This document shows, piece by piece, positions 22,311-33,090 of a stretch of DNA of 64,000 bases. Position numbers and translations under genes: made by a program. A model generated the notes under the pieces. The model worked only from the letters and a program-made list of their open reading frames with translations. It ran no database searches and was not told the origin of the DNA. The stretch is taken from NCBI GenBank assembly GCA_963798085.1, contig CAWCRS010000007.1, positions 1,849,029 to 1,913,028 on the forward strand. The letters run 5' to 3'. The stretch's first letter is position 1. Every line of letters begins with the position of its first letter. This DNA comes from an uncultured Gemmatimonadales bacterium (GTDB lineage Bacteria > Gemmatimonadota > Gemmatimonadetes > Longimicrobiales > RSA9).

Positions 22311-23375
22311 CTACTCCTCGAACAACCCCAGCTGGCCTGCGCGCAGCGGCCGGCGGAACGCGGCGGTCGACAGCGGCGGAATGTCATCGGGGATACCCGC
22401 CTTGCGCTTCGCCGCTGCGAACAGAGCGCCGATCTGCTCCGCGATTTCGCCCTCGCCGCGCATGCGCGATCCGAATTCCGGATCGTTCAACCGGCCGCCG
22501 TGCAGCTCGCGGACGCGCCCCAGCACCTTGCTCCTGCGCTCCGGGAAATGCCGCTCGAGCCAGTCACTGAACAGCTCCTTCACGCCGTGCGGCAGCCGCA
22601 GCATGACGTAGCCCGCCGAGCGGGCGCCCGCCTCCGCCGCGGCTTTCAGGATCGCCGGCATCTCGTGATCCGTGAGCCCGGGAATCACCGGGGCCACCAG
22701 CACGCGCACGGGCACACCCGCCTTGCTCAGCGCCTCGATCGCTGCCAGCCGTTTCGCGGGCACGGACGTCCGTGGCTCCATGATGCGTTGCAGCCTGTTA
22801 TCGAGCGACGTGACCGAGACATTCACCGTTGCCGCCTGGTCCGCGGCCAGCGCGCACAGCAGATCGATGTCGCGCGTGACCAGGTGGTTCTTGGTGACGA
22901 TCGACACGGGGTTGCGGAACTCCGCCAGCACCTCCAGACACCCGCGCGTGATGCGCAGGCGGCGCTCGGCCGGCTGGTAGGGGTCCGTCACGCCGCTCAA
23001 CGCCAGCAGGCGAGGTTCCCAGCGCGGCGAAGACAGTTCGCGGCGCAGCAGTCTGGCCGCGTCCACCTTCACCAGAATCTTCGTCTCGAAATCCAGGCCC
23101 GCCGAGAATCCCAGGTACTCGTGCGTGGGCCGCGCATAACAGTAGATGCAGCCGTGCTCGCAGCCGCGATACGGATTGATGCTGGCGTCGAAAGGAACAT
23201 CCGGGCTGTCATTGCGCGCGATGACCGAGCGCGAGGCATCACGCAGGAACTGCGTAGCCGGCCCCGGATCGTCTTCCTCGCGCGCCGCCGGGTCGGGCAC
23301 TACGACGAGTGATTCGAAGCGGTTCTTCGGATTGTCCGCGGCGCCGCGTCCTCGCAACGTGCTCGACGGCTTCAA
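22311..23375 (-). CDS. PA0069/Rv2578c-family radical SAM protein (SplB-like, DNA-repair associated)
   Basis: GRGAADNPKNRF, SINPYRGCEHGCIYCYARPTHEYLG (CxxxCxxC), TDPYQPAER, EPRTS, APVIPGLTD, ends QLGLF. Confidence 0.92.
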   Translation of the reverse strand: MKPSSTLRGRGAADNPKNRFESLVVVPDPAAREEDDPGPATQFLRDASRSVIARNDSPDVPFDASINPYRGCEHGCIYCYARPTHEYLGFSAGLDFETKILVKVDAARLLRRELSSPRWEPRLLALSGVTDPYQPAERRLRITRGCLEVLAEFRNPVSIVTKNHLVTRDIDLLCALAADQAATVNVSVTSLDNRLQRIMEPRTSVPAKRLAAIEALSKAGVPVRVLVAPVIPGLTDHEMPAILKAAAEAGARSAGYVMLRLPHGVKELFSDWLERHFPERRSKVLGRVRELHGGRLNDPEFGSRMRGEGEIAEQIGALFAAAKRKAGIPDDIPPLSTAAFRRPLRAGQLGLFEE

Positions 23376-23767
23376 GCTTCCTCCGTCACCGGCAGAATCA
23401 CGAACAATGCCAGCAGGATGAGCACACCAGCAATGTAGAGTCCCGGGTGTCGCGTGACCAGCCAGATGATCGCGCCCAGCAGTGCGGGCGCTTCGGCGAC
23501 GGCCCAGCCCACCAGGGGCAGGGCTGTGCGCTTGCCGGGATCGGCAGTGCGCGACTGCAGCATGCGCACGGCCGTCACCGCGCCCAGCGTCACGAATGTG
23601 AGCAGGCTGAACGCGAGTCGCAGCGTGTTCAAGGACGCGGGCGGCGCCAGCGACGCCGATCGCGTCCGGATCATGTAGAACACGATGCCGCCGAGTATCG
23701 TCACACCGGCCACCAGCGCGAGCCGGATCACGCGCAGCTGCCGCGCAGTCACCGAATCACTTGCCAT
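23372..23767 (-). CDS. Small membrane protein (about 4 TM helices)
   Basis: ATG 23767 preceded by GGAGG; hydrophobic segments; stop overlaps the radical SAM start. Confidence 0.7.
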   Translation of the reverse strand: MASDSVTARQLRVIRLALVAGVTILGGIVFYMIRTRSASLAPPASLNTLRLAFSLLTFVTLGAVTAVRMLQSRTADPGKRTALPLVGWAVAEAPALLGAIIWLVTRHPGLYIAGVLILLALFVILPVTEEA

Positions 23768-23928
23768 GCGCGTTCCTCCAGCATGTCCGTTCCTCTCCTC
23801 TACACCGGCCGCGTCGGGTTGACGCCTGTTGCCGCTGCCGTCATCTTCGATTCGGCCAGTCCACGAGTCCGTGGCAGGTCCCGGAGGCAGTTCCCCGCAT
23901 CGCGAATACCCGCTCGAGCCGCTGACTC

Positions 23929-26900
23929 GTGATTTCGCGCCTCGCCAGCAAGGCCAGTGCGCGCGCCGCGCCATTGCGTGCGCGCGCGCTCCTGCGTACC
24001 GCAATCCTCGCTACCCTGCTGCTCCCTGGCCTGGCGCGTGCGCAGGATCCCGACGATGAGCCTGTGCAACGCTGGCTCTATTTCTATGAGCCGCGCGCTT
24101 TCCCGTTCGCGCGCGTGCCCGCCGGTGCGCTGCAGCGCGCCCGTCTCCAGATGGCCGCGCGCTGGCCGCAGCTCTTTGCGCGACCCTCCGCCAGCAGCAG
24201 CCTCGCCGCGACCAGTGTCTGGACCAGCATCGGCCCGGCACCCGTAGACCAGGGCACTTCCGGCCGCATTGCCACGGTCGCGGTGCACCCCACGGATTCG
24301 CGCATCATCTACATTGGCGCGGCACAGGGTGGCGTCTGGAAGAGCGTGGATGGCGGCGGAAGCTGGGTGCCGTTGACCGACAACGAATGCTCCCTCGCGA
24401 TGGGCTCCCTCGTCATCGATCCCGTCAATCCGCAGATCGTATACGCGGGCACGGGCGAGCTGAATTTTTCCGGCGACAGCTACTACGGCTGTGGCGTGCT
24501 GCGTTCGACGGACGGTGGTGCCAGCTGGACGCAGCTGGGCGCCGTCACCTTCGACTCTCCCGCCGGCGGCGCACGCATCAGCAGGCTCGCGATCGATCCC
24601 GGCACGGCCGGCTCGGCATCGGGCACGACCGTCATGGCCGCGAGTAACGTCGGACTCTGGCGCTCCCACGACAGTGGCCTCACCTGGGATCTCGCGCTCG
24701 GCGGCACGGCCACCGATGTCGTGTTCGACCCCGCTAATCCGGCCATCGTCTACGCGGCCCTCGGTATTGCCGGCGGCAACGCGGTGAACGGCGTGTACCG
24801 CAGCACCGATCACGGCATCACGTTCTCGCGCCTGACCGCTTTTCCCACCGCGGACATCGGACGCATTGCGCTGGCAATCGCACCGAGTGCGCCAAATATT
24901 CTGTATGCGGCCGTGCAGGATGCCATCAATGGATCCGGCAACGACAGCCAGCTGCTCGGCATCTGGAAAACCACGGACGGGGGCACGACCTGGGCACGCG
25001 TCACCGCCAGCGGCGCCGATTGTGCCAGCCAATGCTGGTACAACCTCGTCCTGCTCACCGACCCGCTCGATCCCAGCCTGGTGTATTTTGGCGGCGTCGT
25101 TCTCTATCGCTCCGATGATGGCGGCGCCTCTTTCCGCAGTATCCTGCGCAACATCCATGTCGATCAGCACGCCATTGCCGTCGACCCGAAGGCGCCGGCC
25201 ACCATCTTCGCCGGCAATGATGGCGGCATCTTCCGCTCCCCGGATCGCGGTGCCACCTGGACCAGCCTCAACACCAATCTGGCCATAACACAGTTTTACG
25301 CCGGCATCTCGCTGCACCCGACGAACCCCTCGTTCGCGCTCGGCGGCACGCAGGACAATGGCACGCTCGAATTCGGCGGCAACCTGCAGTGGACCACCGT
25401 GCTGGGCGGTGACGGCGGTTACACCGCCGTCAATCGCCAGGACCCGAACATCGCATGGGCCGAAACCCAGTGGTCGCAGAATTCCGGTTTCTCCGGGCCC
25501 CGCCGCCGCATCGGCGGCGGCAGCATTTCCGCCCTCAAGACCACCGGCATCGATCCCTCCGACCGCGCACTCTTCATTCCTCCGCTGGTCATCGACCGGA
25601 ATGATGGCAACACGCTCTACTTCGGCACCTTCCGCGTGTATCGCACCACCAATAACGGCGAGTTGTGGGCGCCCATAAGCCCCGACATGACACGCGGCCA
25701 GACCGGTCGCGTCTCCGCGATCGCGCCCGCGCCCGGGAGCGCTTCCGTCATTTACGTCGGCACCAATGATGGCAACGTCCAGGTCAGCCGTGATGGCGGT
25801 GCTAACTGGTTGTTGAGCACCACCGGCCTGCCCACGCGCGCGGTCACCGACATTGCCGTCGATCCCGAAAACCCCGCGGTCGCCGTGCTCAGCGTTTCCG
25901 GCTTCGGCACCGGCCACGTCTTCCGCACCACCGATTTCGGCGGCACATGGTCCGACATCAGCGCCAACCTGCCGGGCGACCCCGTCAATGCCGTGCTCAC
26001 CGACCGCGGCCTGGGCCAGGACATCTACATCGGCACGGATCTCGGCATCTTCCGCAGTACCGACGTGGGCCGGAGCTGGACGCCCTTCGGCGACGGCCTG
26101 CCCCACGTCGCCGTCTTCGACCTCGCCTACAACAGCGCCACCGGCGTCGCCCTTGCCGCGACGCACGGGCGAGGCATGTTCTCGTTCCGTCCGGTCATCG
26201 CCGCGGCCGTCCTGCTGGCGCCGGACACACTGCACTTCGCCTCGCTCGAGGACACCGTCCGCCTGCACGCGACCGCGCTCGACACGGCCGGCGCCGTGCT
26301 GCCCGCCGCGTTTTCCTGGAGTTCGCTCGATCCCGCCGTCGCCACGGTCAATGGCACCGGCCTGGTGCGCTCGCGCGGCAATGGTGAAACCCGCATCGTC
26401 GCCCTCTATGCCGGCATCGCCGATACCGCGCGCGTGCGCGTCGACCAGGTCGCCGTTGCCATCACGGGTGTGCCCGATTCGCTGCTGCTCATTGCCGGCG
26501 AAACGCGCGCCGCCACCGGCCGCGCCGTCAATGCCAACGGCCAGCCGCTCGCCGGCACCGGCCTCGCCTGGGCTTCTTCTAACACGGCGGTAGCAGCGGT
26601 CGATGCTGCGGGCGCGATCAGCGGCGTCGGTGTGGGCACGGCGCTCGTCACCGCCGTGAGCGGCGCCCTGCGCGACTCCAGCGTGGTGACTGTTGCGGCG
26701 CCCGCCGTGGCGACGGTGACCGCGGCCGCGCTGCCGGCCACCGCTTCGCCGCGCGGCGCCGCTGGCACTCGCCTGCCCATGCTGGGGCTGCATTTCCAGG
26801 TCGCGGGCGTCGAAGCCATCGAAGTCACGCGCCTCGGTTTCCAGTTGTCGGGCGACGACGCCGGCGCCGCTCTCGTCGTGCTGCGCGACGCCAATGGCGA

Positions 26901-27522
26901 TGGCGCCATCAGTCCCGGCGACCCGGTACTGGCGCGCTCTCTCATAACACTGCGCAAGGGCACGACGGTATCGCTCACCATTTCCCCATCCGGCTTCTCT
27001 GTGGCGGCGGGCGGTTCGGCAACGCTGCTCGTCGCTGTCGAGTTGAGCGGGCAGGCGCCCAATGGTGCGGAGTTCCGGGCTACCTTCGTCCCCGCGCAGA
27101 CCAGCTCGACGAACGTGCGTTCCGGCGCCCACGATCTGCTGATCCTGCCGCCGACGCCCGTCGCCTCCGCAATCGTGCGCTCCACGGTGCTCAACACCGA
27201 TCAGCTGCTCGGCTTCAGCGAGAATCCGGTGCGGTCGGCTCACGTGATCTTCAATTTTGCCGAGCGTCCCTCGCGAGCCGCCGTCTACACCGTGACCGGG
27301 CGGCTGGTCATCGATCTGGCATCGCGCATCAATGATGATGGTCGCTACGAGTGGGATCTGCGAAATGGCGATGGCGAACTGGTGGCGCCCGGCGTCTACC
27401 TGGTGATCTTCACGGTACGCAACACGGTCATGCGCGAGCGCCTCATTGTGCTGCGGCCCGGACCTGCACCAGGACCCGAGTCGCCCCGTGACGCTCAGCC
27501 CTTCTTCGCCGCGCGCTCATAG
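23929..27522 (+). CDS. Large secreted BNR/Asp-box (VPS10/sialidase-like) beta-propeller protein with Ig-like (Big_2) domains and a C-terminal FlgD/T9SS-CTD-like domain
   Basis: Repeated SxDGGxSW/TW Asp-boxes, HVDQHA, ATHGRG; WSSLDPAVATV and WASSNTAVAAV Ig motifs; C-terminal ENPVR...VYTVTGRLV...WDLRNGDGELVAPGVYLV. Confidence 0.88.
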   Translation: MISRLASKASARAAPLRARALLRTAILATLLLPGLARAQDPDDEPVQRWLYFYEPRAFPFARVPAGALQRARLQMAARWPQLFARPSASSSLAATSVWTSIGPAPVDQGTSGRIATVAVHPTDSRIIYIGAAQGGVWKSVDGGGSWVPLTDNECSLAMGSLVIDPVNPQIVYAGTGELNFSGDSYYGCGVLRSTDGGASWTQLGAVTFDSPAGGARISRLAIDPGTAGSASGTTVMAASNVGLWRSHDSGLTWDLALGGTATDVVFDPANPAIVYAALGIAGGNAVNGVYRSTDHGITFSRLTAFPTADIGRIALAIAPSAPNILYAAVQDAINGSGNDSQLLGIWKTTDGGTTWARVTASGADCASQCWYNLVLLTDPLDPSLVYFGGVVLYRSDDGGASFRSILRNIHVDQHAIAVDPKAPATIFAGNDGGIFRSPDRGATWTSLNTNLAITQFYAGISLHPTNPSFALGGTQDNGTLEFGGNLQWTTVLGGDGGYTAVNRQDPNIAWAETQWSQNSGFSGPRRRIGGGSISALKTTGIDPSDRALFIPPLVIDRNDGNTLYFGTFRVYRTTNNGELWAPISPDMTRGQTGRVSAIAPAPGSASVIYVGTNDGNVQVSRDGGANWLLSTTGLPTRAVTDIAVDPENPAVAVLSVSGFGTGHVFRTTDFGGTWSDISANLPGDPVNAVLTDRGLGQDIYIGTDLGIFRSTDVGRSWTPFGDGLPHVAVFDLAYNSATGVALAATHGRGMFSFRPVIAAAVLLAPDTLHFASLEDTVRLHATALDTAGAVLPAAFSWSSLDPAVATVNGTGLVRSRGNGETRIVALYAGIADTARVRVDQVAVAITGVPDSLLLIAGETRAATGRAVNANGQPLAGTGLAWASSNTAVAAVDAAGAISGVGVGTALVTAVSGALRDSSVVTVAAPAVATVTAAALPATASPRGAAGTRLPMLGLHFQVAGVEAIEVTRLGFQLSGDDAGAALVVLRDANGDGAISPGDPVLARSLITLRKGTTVSLTISPSGFSVAAGGSATLLVAVELSGQAPNGAEFRATFVPAQTSSTNVRSGAHDLLILPPTPVASAIVRSTVLNTDQLLGFSENPVRSAHVIFNFAERPSRAAVYTVTGRLVIDLASRINDDGRYEWDLRNGDGELVAPGVYLVIFTVRNTVMRERLIVLRPGPAPGPESPRDAQPFFAARS

Positions 27523-27927
27523 GGGATGATCCGTTCCCATTCATTTGCATCCGACCGCGCCACCACCGCCACCACCGGTTCCGTCTCACTCATGTTGTAG
27601 ACTTCATGGGGCACACCCGGCTCGATGAAGAATGAAGTCGCCGGCGCTGTTCTCCAGCACATTTGTCAGCCCGTCGCCGTACGCGTGCCGCACATTGCCC
27701 TCGAGTATGTACAGCATCACTTCGAATCCATCGTGGATGTGCGCCCAGGCGACACCGCCCGGCGGAATCGTCGCCACGTTCATGGACAGGCTGCGCGCGC
27801 CCACATTGCGCGACGACATGCCGGTCTTGTACTGAATGTTGTTCCACTCGCGCCAGTTGCCGCTGCCGCGAATCGTCAGAATGCCTTCACCGCCATCAAC
27901 GCGGCCGGCCCGTTCCTCCGCTGCCAT
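27495..27927 (-). CDS. Cupin domain protein, frameshifted near 27630
   Basis: IPPGGVAWAHIHDGFEVMLYILEG; the corrected frame continues AGDFIFIEPGVPHEVYN...ERAAKKG* with the stop at 27495. Confidence 0.85.
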
Positions 27928-27943
27928 GACAGCCTCCCCCGCC

Positions 27944-29254
27944 TTACGCAGGACGACGCGCGCGCGCGCCGCCGCTCAGATCCACTGAAAGCATTTCACC
28001 GTACGGCTGATACCCTGCACGCCGCAGTACGCCATACCCCAGCCCCAGCGCCGCGACACCGATCAGGGCATCCGTAATGTCGAAGTAGCGGCCCGCGACG
28101 AACACCTGCGCCACTTCCAGTCCGCACACCAGGTACACGCCCGGCAGAATGCTGGACAGCGGCCCCCGCCGGCGCAGCGGCCACACGGCCAGCAGACCAC
28201 CCAGTGGCAGCAGCTGCAGCACGGGCACCACGGCATCGGCCGCACTGAACACGTCGACGCGCTCGCGATAGGACTGCAGTGGAATGAAGCGCGCAAGCGG
28301 CAGCTTGTGCGCGATCGTGGCCAGACTCGCTTCCGGGAAATACGGTCGCAGCGCCCACATGGCGAGGAGGAACGCGTAGAACCAGAAAAGCAGGAGCGGC
28401 CGCGCAGCGCCGCGTACGTTGCGCGTGAAGCTGCCCAGCCAGAGCATGGCCACGACCGCGCCTGCCACGACGCCCAGCGCATGTGCCAGCACCGCACCCG
28501 TATCCATGGGAAAGCCCAGTGAGCCGTGTGTCACTTCCCCGAGCACACACAGCAGAACGCCTGCGCCCGCTGTGATGATCGCTGCCCGCTTGTAGTCCGT
28601 GCCGGCCTCGCCCAGGGCAGCCACCGCGAACACGCCGGCGGGCAGGAACAGGAGCATATCGTCGATGGGGAACGCACCGAGCGACAACAGGTGCAGATTG
28701 CGCCATGCAACAGCCAGGCGCGCGAACAGTCCACCCGAAATGCCGGGGAATGTCTCCTGCCGGAAAAGCGGGCTCGCGGCCTCCGTGAATGCAGCGCCAC
28801 CGTAGCCGACGGCGAACAGCACCATGGGCATCCCGAAATACGAGCGCTGGCCGCGTCCCGCGCGCACCAGCACCACCAGCACAGCCGTGGCCAGCGCACC
28901 CGCGAACGCGCCCGTCGTATTGGTCACCACATCCAGAATGCTGGGGGTCCGCGCCGGTGATAACAGCTGCAGCGTTTCTGCCGCGCCGCTCAACAGCGCG
29001 CCCGCCCCGGTGCCTTTCAGGATGATCGGCCAGGCGCGGCCCGGCGCCAATGTGATGGCCCAGACTGCGCCCCAGCCCGCGAACAGCAGCACGTTGCGCA
29101 GCGCATCAATGAAATCACGACCGTGCAGCGCCGGCGTCAGCACACCGCTGATGCGGGACATTGCGCCCGCCGCCGCAATGCGTGGCTCCGCGAAAGTGGC
29201 CAGTGCGATCACCGCCACATACGCCAGCCGCGGTAACAACACGTTATACTTCAT
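27944..29254 (-). CDS. VanZ-family multi-pass membrane protein (multiple VanZ-like repeats)
   Basis: DALRNVLLFAGWG, ETLQLLSPARTPSILDVVTNTTG, LEVAQVFVAGRYFDITD. Confidence 0.8.
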   Translation of the reverse strand: MKYNVLLPRLAYVAVIALATFAEPRIAAAGAMSRISGVLTPALHGRDFIDALRNVLLFAGWGAVWAITLAPGRAWPIILKGTGAGALLSGAAETLQLLSPARTPSILDVVTNTTGAFAGALATAVLVVLVRAGRGQRSYFGMPMVLFAVGYGGAAFTEAASPLFRQETFPGISGGLFARLAVAWRNLHLLSLGAFPIDDMLLFLPAGVFAVAALGEAGTDYKRAAIITAGAGVLLCVLGEVTHGSLGFPMDTGAVLAHALGVVAGAVVAMLWLGSFTRNVRGAARPLLLFWFYAFLLAMWALRPYFPEASLATIAHKLPLARFIPLQSYRERVDVFSAADAVVPVLQLLPLGGLLAVWPLRRRGPLSSILPGVYLVCGLEVAQVFVAGRYFDITDALIGVAALGLGYGVLRRAGYQPYGEMLSVDLSGGARARRPA

Positions 29255-30477
29255 GCCGTCGCCCTGGTAAGCGCGCGGCGCAGCTGCGCAGCCAGGGGAG
29301 CGGGCGTCGAACGCCGCACCACGACCTCCGGCGTTTCGTGCCAGCGCGCCAGTCGTGCGATCACGCGGCCCAGGTCGGCCGCCAGCGCTTCACCCACGCG
29401 AACCGTATCCTCCAGGAAAAGGCGGATCACCTCGAACTGCCCTGCGGCACGGTGCGCCTTCGCGTCCATGCGCGCCACCAGCCTGCCCTTCCGCAGAATG
29501 GGCAGCACGAAATAGCCGTAACGTCGTTTGGGCGCCGGCGTATAGCACTCCAGACTGTAGTCGAAGCCGAACATCGCGCGCAGCCGCGCGCGCTGCCAGA
29601 CGATGGGATCGAAGGGTGATAACACCGTTGTCAGCGTGGCCCGCAGCTCGCCGGCCTGCGCCTGCTCCAGCAGCGCCAGCGACTCCGCACTGGCCCAGCC
29701 GGGTTGCGGCCATTCGCCGACTTCCACCGGCACCAGCTCGCCCCGTGCCGCCAGGGCCGCGACCGCATGTTCCGCGCGCTTCGGCGGCATGCGGAAATAG
29801 TCCGCCAGCCAGCGTGTCGTGGCCACGCCCAGTGCCAGCGCTGCCTTCCGGATCAGACCCTCCTCGGCCATCTCCACGGGCGGCAGCTGCGCATCGCTCC
29901 ACGCCGGCAGCACCCGCTCGCGCAGGTCATACACGCGCTGGAAACGCTCGCGCCGCGCCACCATCAGATCGCCGGATGTGAACAGCAGCTCCAGCGCGCG
30001 CTTCTCCGGCTTCCAGTTCCACCAGCCACTGCCCTGCCCATCCTTGCGCTCGAAGTCGGCAGAACGCAGCGGCCCGCGCCGCTCGATCTCCGCGTGCACG
30101 TGCTCCACCACGTCACGGTGCCGCTCGAGCCACGCGTGCGAGTATTTCCATCCCATGCCACCCGGGTCGATCATGCGGTGACGGTACAGCGCGTAGTCTT
30201 CGCTGGGCAGGAAGCTCGCCTCGTGCGACCAGTACTCGAACAGCCGGCCCTCTGCCAGGTGCTGCTCCAGCCACGCCGGATCGTAGTCACCGAGGCGGCT
30301 CCACAGTACGAGATACGGACTGCGGGCGACGACGTGGATGGTATCGATCTGGAGCGCACCCATCCGCCGGATCGCTGCCAGCACGTCCGCCTTCGTTGCC
30401 TTGCGTCGCCGCGGCCGGTCCAGACCCTGCGCCGCCAGCAGCACCTGCCTTGCCTGCTCCGCGGTGAGCTTCAGCAT
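29251..30477 (-). CDS. YcaQ/AlkZ-like winged-helix DNA crosslink repair glycosylase
   Basis: LQIDTIHVVARSPYLVLWSRLG (QxD motif), LFEYWSHEAS, RFQRVYDL, LSPFDPIVW, ECYTPAPKRRYGYFVLPIL. Confidence 0.92.
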   Translation of the reverse strand: MLKLTAEQARQVLLAAQGLDRPRRRKATKADVLAAIRRMGALQIDTIHVVARSPYLVLWSRLGDYDPAWLEQHLAEGRLFEYWSHEASFLPSEDYALYRHRMIDPGGMGWKYSHAWLERHRDVVEHVHAEIERRGPLRSADFERKDGQGSGWWNWKPEKRALELLFTSGDLMVARRERFQRVYDLRERVLPAWSDAQLPPVEMAEEGLIRKAALALGVATTRWLADYFRMPPKRAEHAVAALAARGELVPVEVGEWPQPGWASAESLALLEQAQAGELRATLTTVLSPFDPIVWQRARLRAMFGFDYSLECYTPAPKRRYGYFVLPILRKGRLVARMDAKAHRAAGQFEVIRLFLEDTVRVGEALAADLGRVIARLARWHETPEVVVRRSTPAPLAAQLRRALTRATA

Positions 30478-30588
30478 GCCCGCCTCATGTCGCGTGCCGG
30501 TTTCTGCCGGCGCGCGCGGCATCGGCCAGGCGGCTGCACCGCACGAGAGACGAACTGCCGGTACCTGACAGGCTGTTATCGCTGCCCA

Positions 30589-32377
30589 TCAGCGTGCCGC
30601 CTCCACGGCCCGCGCCGCAGCCTCCCCCAATGCCTGCACGCGTGCCACGGCCGCCTGGATCGCCGCCTGGGTCGCGCTCAATGCACCGCCCACCTCCACC
30701 TCGGCAGCGGCCTGCAATGCCCCCGTGTAGTAGTGCGTCCATGCCTCGACGATGTGCGTCTGCTCGGCGGGCGCCCGCCCGCCCGCCACGGCGGCCACAC
30801 TGAGTCGCTGTTCCGCAGCCAGGCGCATGCCTGCCGCGCGCTCCGTTTCCGCCACCACCGCGCGCGCCATCGCGCCATCCGCCGTGACCAGCGCCAGGGC
30901 CGTCGTCAACGCGCAGACGCCCACGTTCTGCAGTGTGCGCGCCGACACCATGTCGAGGCGGTCGCCATCCGTATGATAGAATTGATCGGTGAAATGCCAG
31001 AAGAGCAGCCCCGGTTTCCCCGCATCGAGAAACGGCGTGTGGTCGCTGCCACCCTCGAATGGATTCGTGCGTACCACCCAGCCCCGCCCCGCGGCTGCGG
31101 CCTCGCAGCGTTCGCGCGCAAAGTCGTTGAAGTAGTGCGGCACAATGCGGCTTTCGGCCAGCGGCTGGCCACCCCATTCGGTGTGGTGGTCGTCACCGCG
31201 CGTCCACACCGCCGACGGATCCGGCATCTTCTCGATCAGAAACGTACCGCCCGTCTTCTCCGTGTCTTCGCCAACCATATCCAGACTCAGACCCCAGCGA
31301 ATGCCCCGCGCCCGCTCTGCATCGTCCTGGATGTAGCGCCGCGTGGACACGACCTCGTCGCCCCAGAGGAACGTGATCGTGCGCCGCGGCGCGACCGCGC
31401 CTTCGCGCACCAGCGCCGCCGTCACTCTCGCCACCTCGCCCAGCAGCCCGACACCCGAGGCGTTGTCGTTGGCGCCGGGTTCCTGCACGTGCGCGCTGAA
31501 GACGAACCGCTCCGCGGGCGCTTCGGTCCCGCGCACTTCGGCTACCAGGGTCTGCTCCTCGGACCCGTATAACCGCGTGTTGAGGGCGACGTGAACACGC
31601 ACCGGCCCCGCCGCGAGCGCCTCGCTGCAACGCACGATGCGCCGCGAAGGACAGCAGCACGCCCCACGCGTGATGAACGCTGTCGTACGGAATGCGGCTG
31701 AACTGGATCGAGTGCGTGTTCACCTCCGGCCTGGTGTACGCCGGCAGTGCGTAGGCCAGCACGCCGAGCGCGCCACGCTTCTGCACGGCTTCGCGAAACA
31801 GTGCACCCACGCTCGCGTCACCCAGAACGATCCTGCCCGCGACTTGCGCCTGCTCGAAGTCCTGCGCTCGACCCGCGCCCACGTCCACCAGATCCGCATC
31901 GATACCGCCCTCCGGCGTGGACCAGGCGTAGATCGGGATCATGTTGCGATTGCTGGTGAAGCGCAGCAGTGGCTCGCTCTGTCCGACAATGCGCAGCTCG
32001 CCATCCACTGGTTCCCAGGTCGGCAGCGCCAGCGGCCTGCGCTCGATGCGATAGGTGAGACGCGCCGCCGCGAAGGCCGCATCGTCCCGCACGAATCCGG
32101 CGCTGTCCAGGATCGCAGCGACGCGCGCAATGCTGGCATTGAAGCCGTGGTTGCCGGCCAGCCGGAAATACTGCTCGACGAATGCCACCGTGCCGCGTGC
32201 CCGCTCACCCGAGAGGTGTTGCGCAGCCAGATTCTGCAGCCTGGCCAGGGGCGCGGGCTGCGCCGTACTGCCCGGCGAGGCTGTCGCCACCCGTGCGGAG
32301 CGCGCGCAGCCTGCTGACAGCAGTGTCAGCAGCAGCAGTCTCTGCAGCGCCGGCAGACCGGCCTTTCGCGCGCTCAT
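30589..32377 (-). CDS. M28 family peptidase with PA domain (lipoprotein-like), frameshifted near 31627
   Basis: LSAGC lipobox-like segment, PA domain (LVDVGAG), FSAHVQEPGANDNASG, WGDE, SLDMVG, GGSDH, YHTDGD. Confidence 0.88.
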
Positions 32378-33090
32378 GCGTTCGTCGCCTTCCCTGCCAC
32401 GTCGCTCGCCCACTGCACGAATACGTCGGCCAGCTCGTCCATTACACCGTCATCCGTCAGGCCCGACCGCTTCAGCACGTGGAAGGAATGGTCGGCGGTA
32501 TCAATGATGTGCAGGCGGGCGCGCGGCCCCAGCTCGGACACGACGGGCCTGAGTCGCTCGAGATCGGCCAGCTGATCGCGCGTGCCCTGCAGGAACAGCA
32601 GCGGCACTGTCACCTCGCGCAGATGCTGCGCCCGCTCCGTGCCCGCGCGATTCGGCGGGTGCAGCGGGAACCCGAAGAACACGATACCCTGTACACCCGG
32701 CAGCGGGCTCGCCGCCGCGGCCAGCGACGTCATGCGCCCGCCCATCGACTTGCCACCCGCCAGCAGCGGCATGCCGGGCGCCAGCGCCGCGGCGCAGGAC
32801 GCCGCGGCACGGACCGTCGCCAGCAGTACCGGCTGCGCGTCCGGCCGTTGGCTGCCGCTCTCCATGTAGGGGAATTGATAACGCAATGTTGCGGTCTGCC
32901 TTGCCGCCAGTCGCTCGGACATGCGCTCCATGAACGGGTGGCGCATGCCGGCACCCGCGCCGTGCCCGAACACCAGCATGCGCCGGGCATCCGCGGGTTG
33001 CAGCAGCAGCGCTGACACCTCGGATCCGCCCGACGCGACCGGAAAGCGCAGCTCGCGCCGCACCAATGCGCTGCCCGCGGGCTCGCTCAT
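32374..33090 (-). CDS. Alpha/beta hydrolase (KANL3/Tex30-like)
   Basis: FGHGAGAGM, GGKSMGGR nucleophile elbow, FPLHP, LFLQGTRD, ADHSF. Confidence 0.9.
   Translation of the reverse strand: MSEPAGSALVRRELRFPVASGGSEVSALLLQPADARRMLVFGHGAGAGMRHPFMERMSERLAARQTATLRYQFPYMESGSQRPDAQPVLLATVRAAASCAAALAPGMPLLAGGKSMGGRMTSLAAAASPLPGVQGIVFFGFPLHPPNRAGTERAQHLREVTVPLLFLQGTRDQLADLERLRPVVSELGPRARLHIIDTADHSFHVLKRSGLTDDGVMDELADVFVQWASDVAGKATNA

Noticed and set aside
23800..27243. Long antisense ORFs (e.g. 23800..27243 -, 36191..38659 +, 54011..56686 +, 5247..7346 +)
   Set aside because: Shadow ORFs opposite well-supported genes, expected in high-GC DNA; no recognisable motifs.
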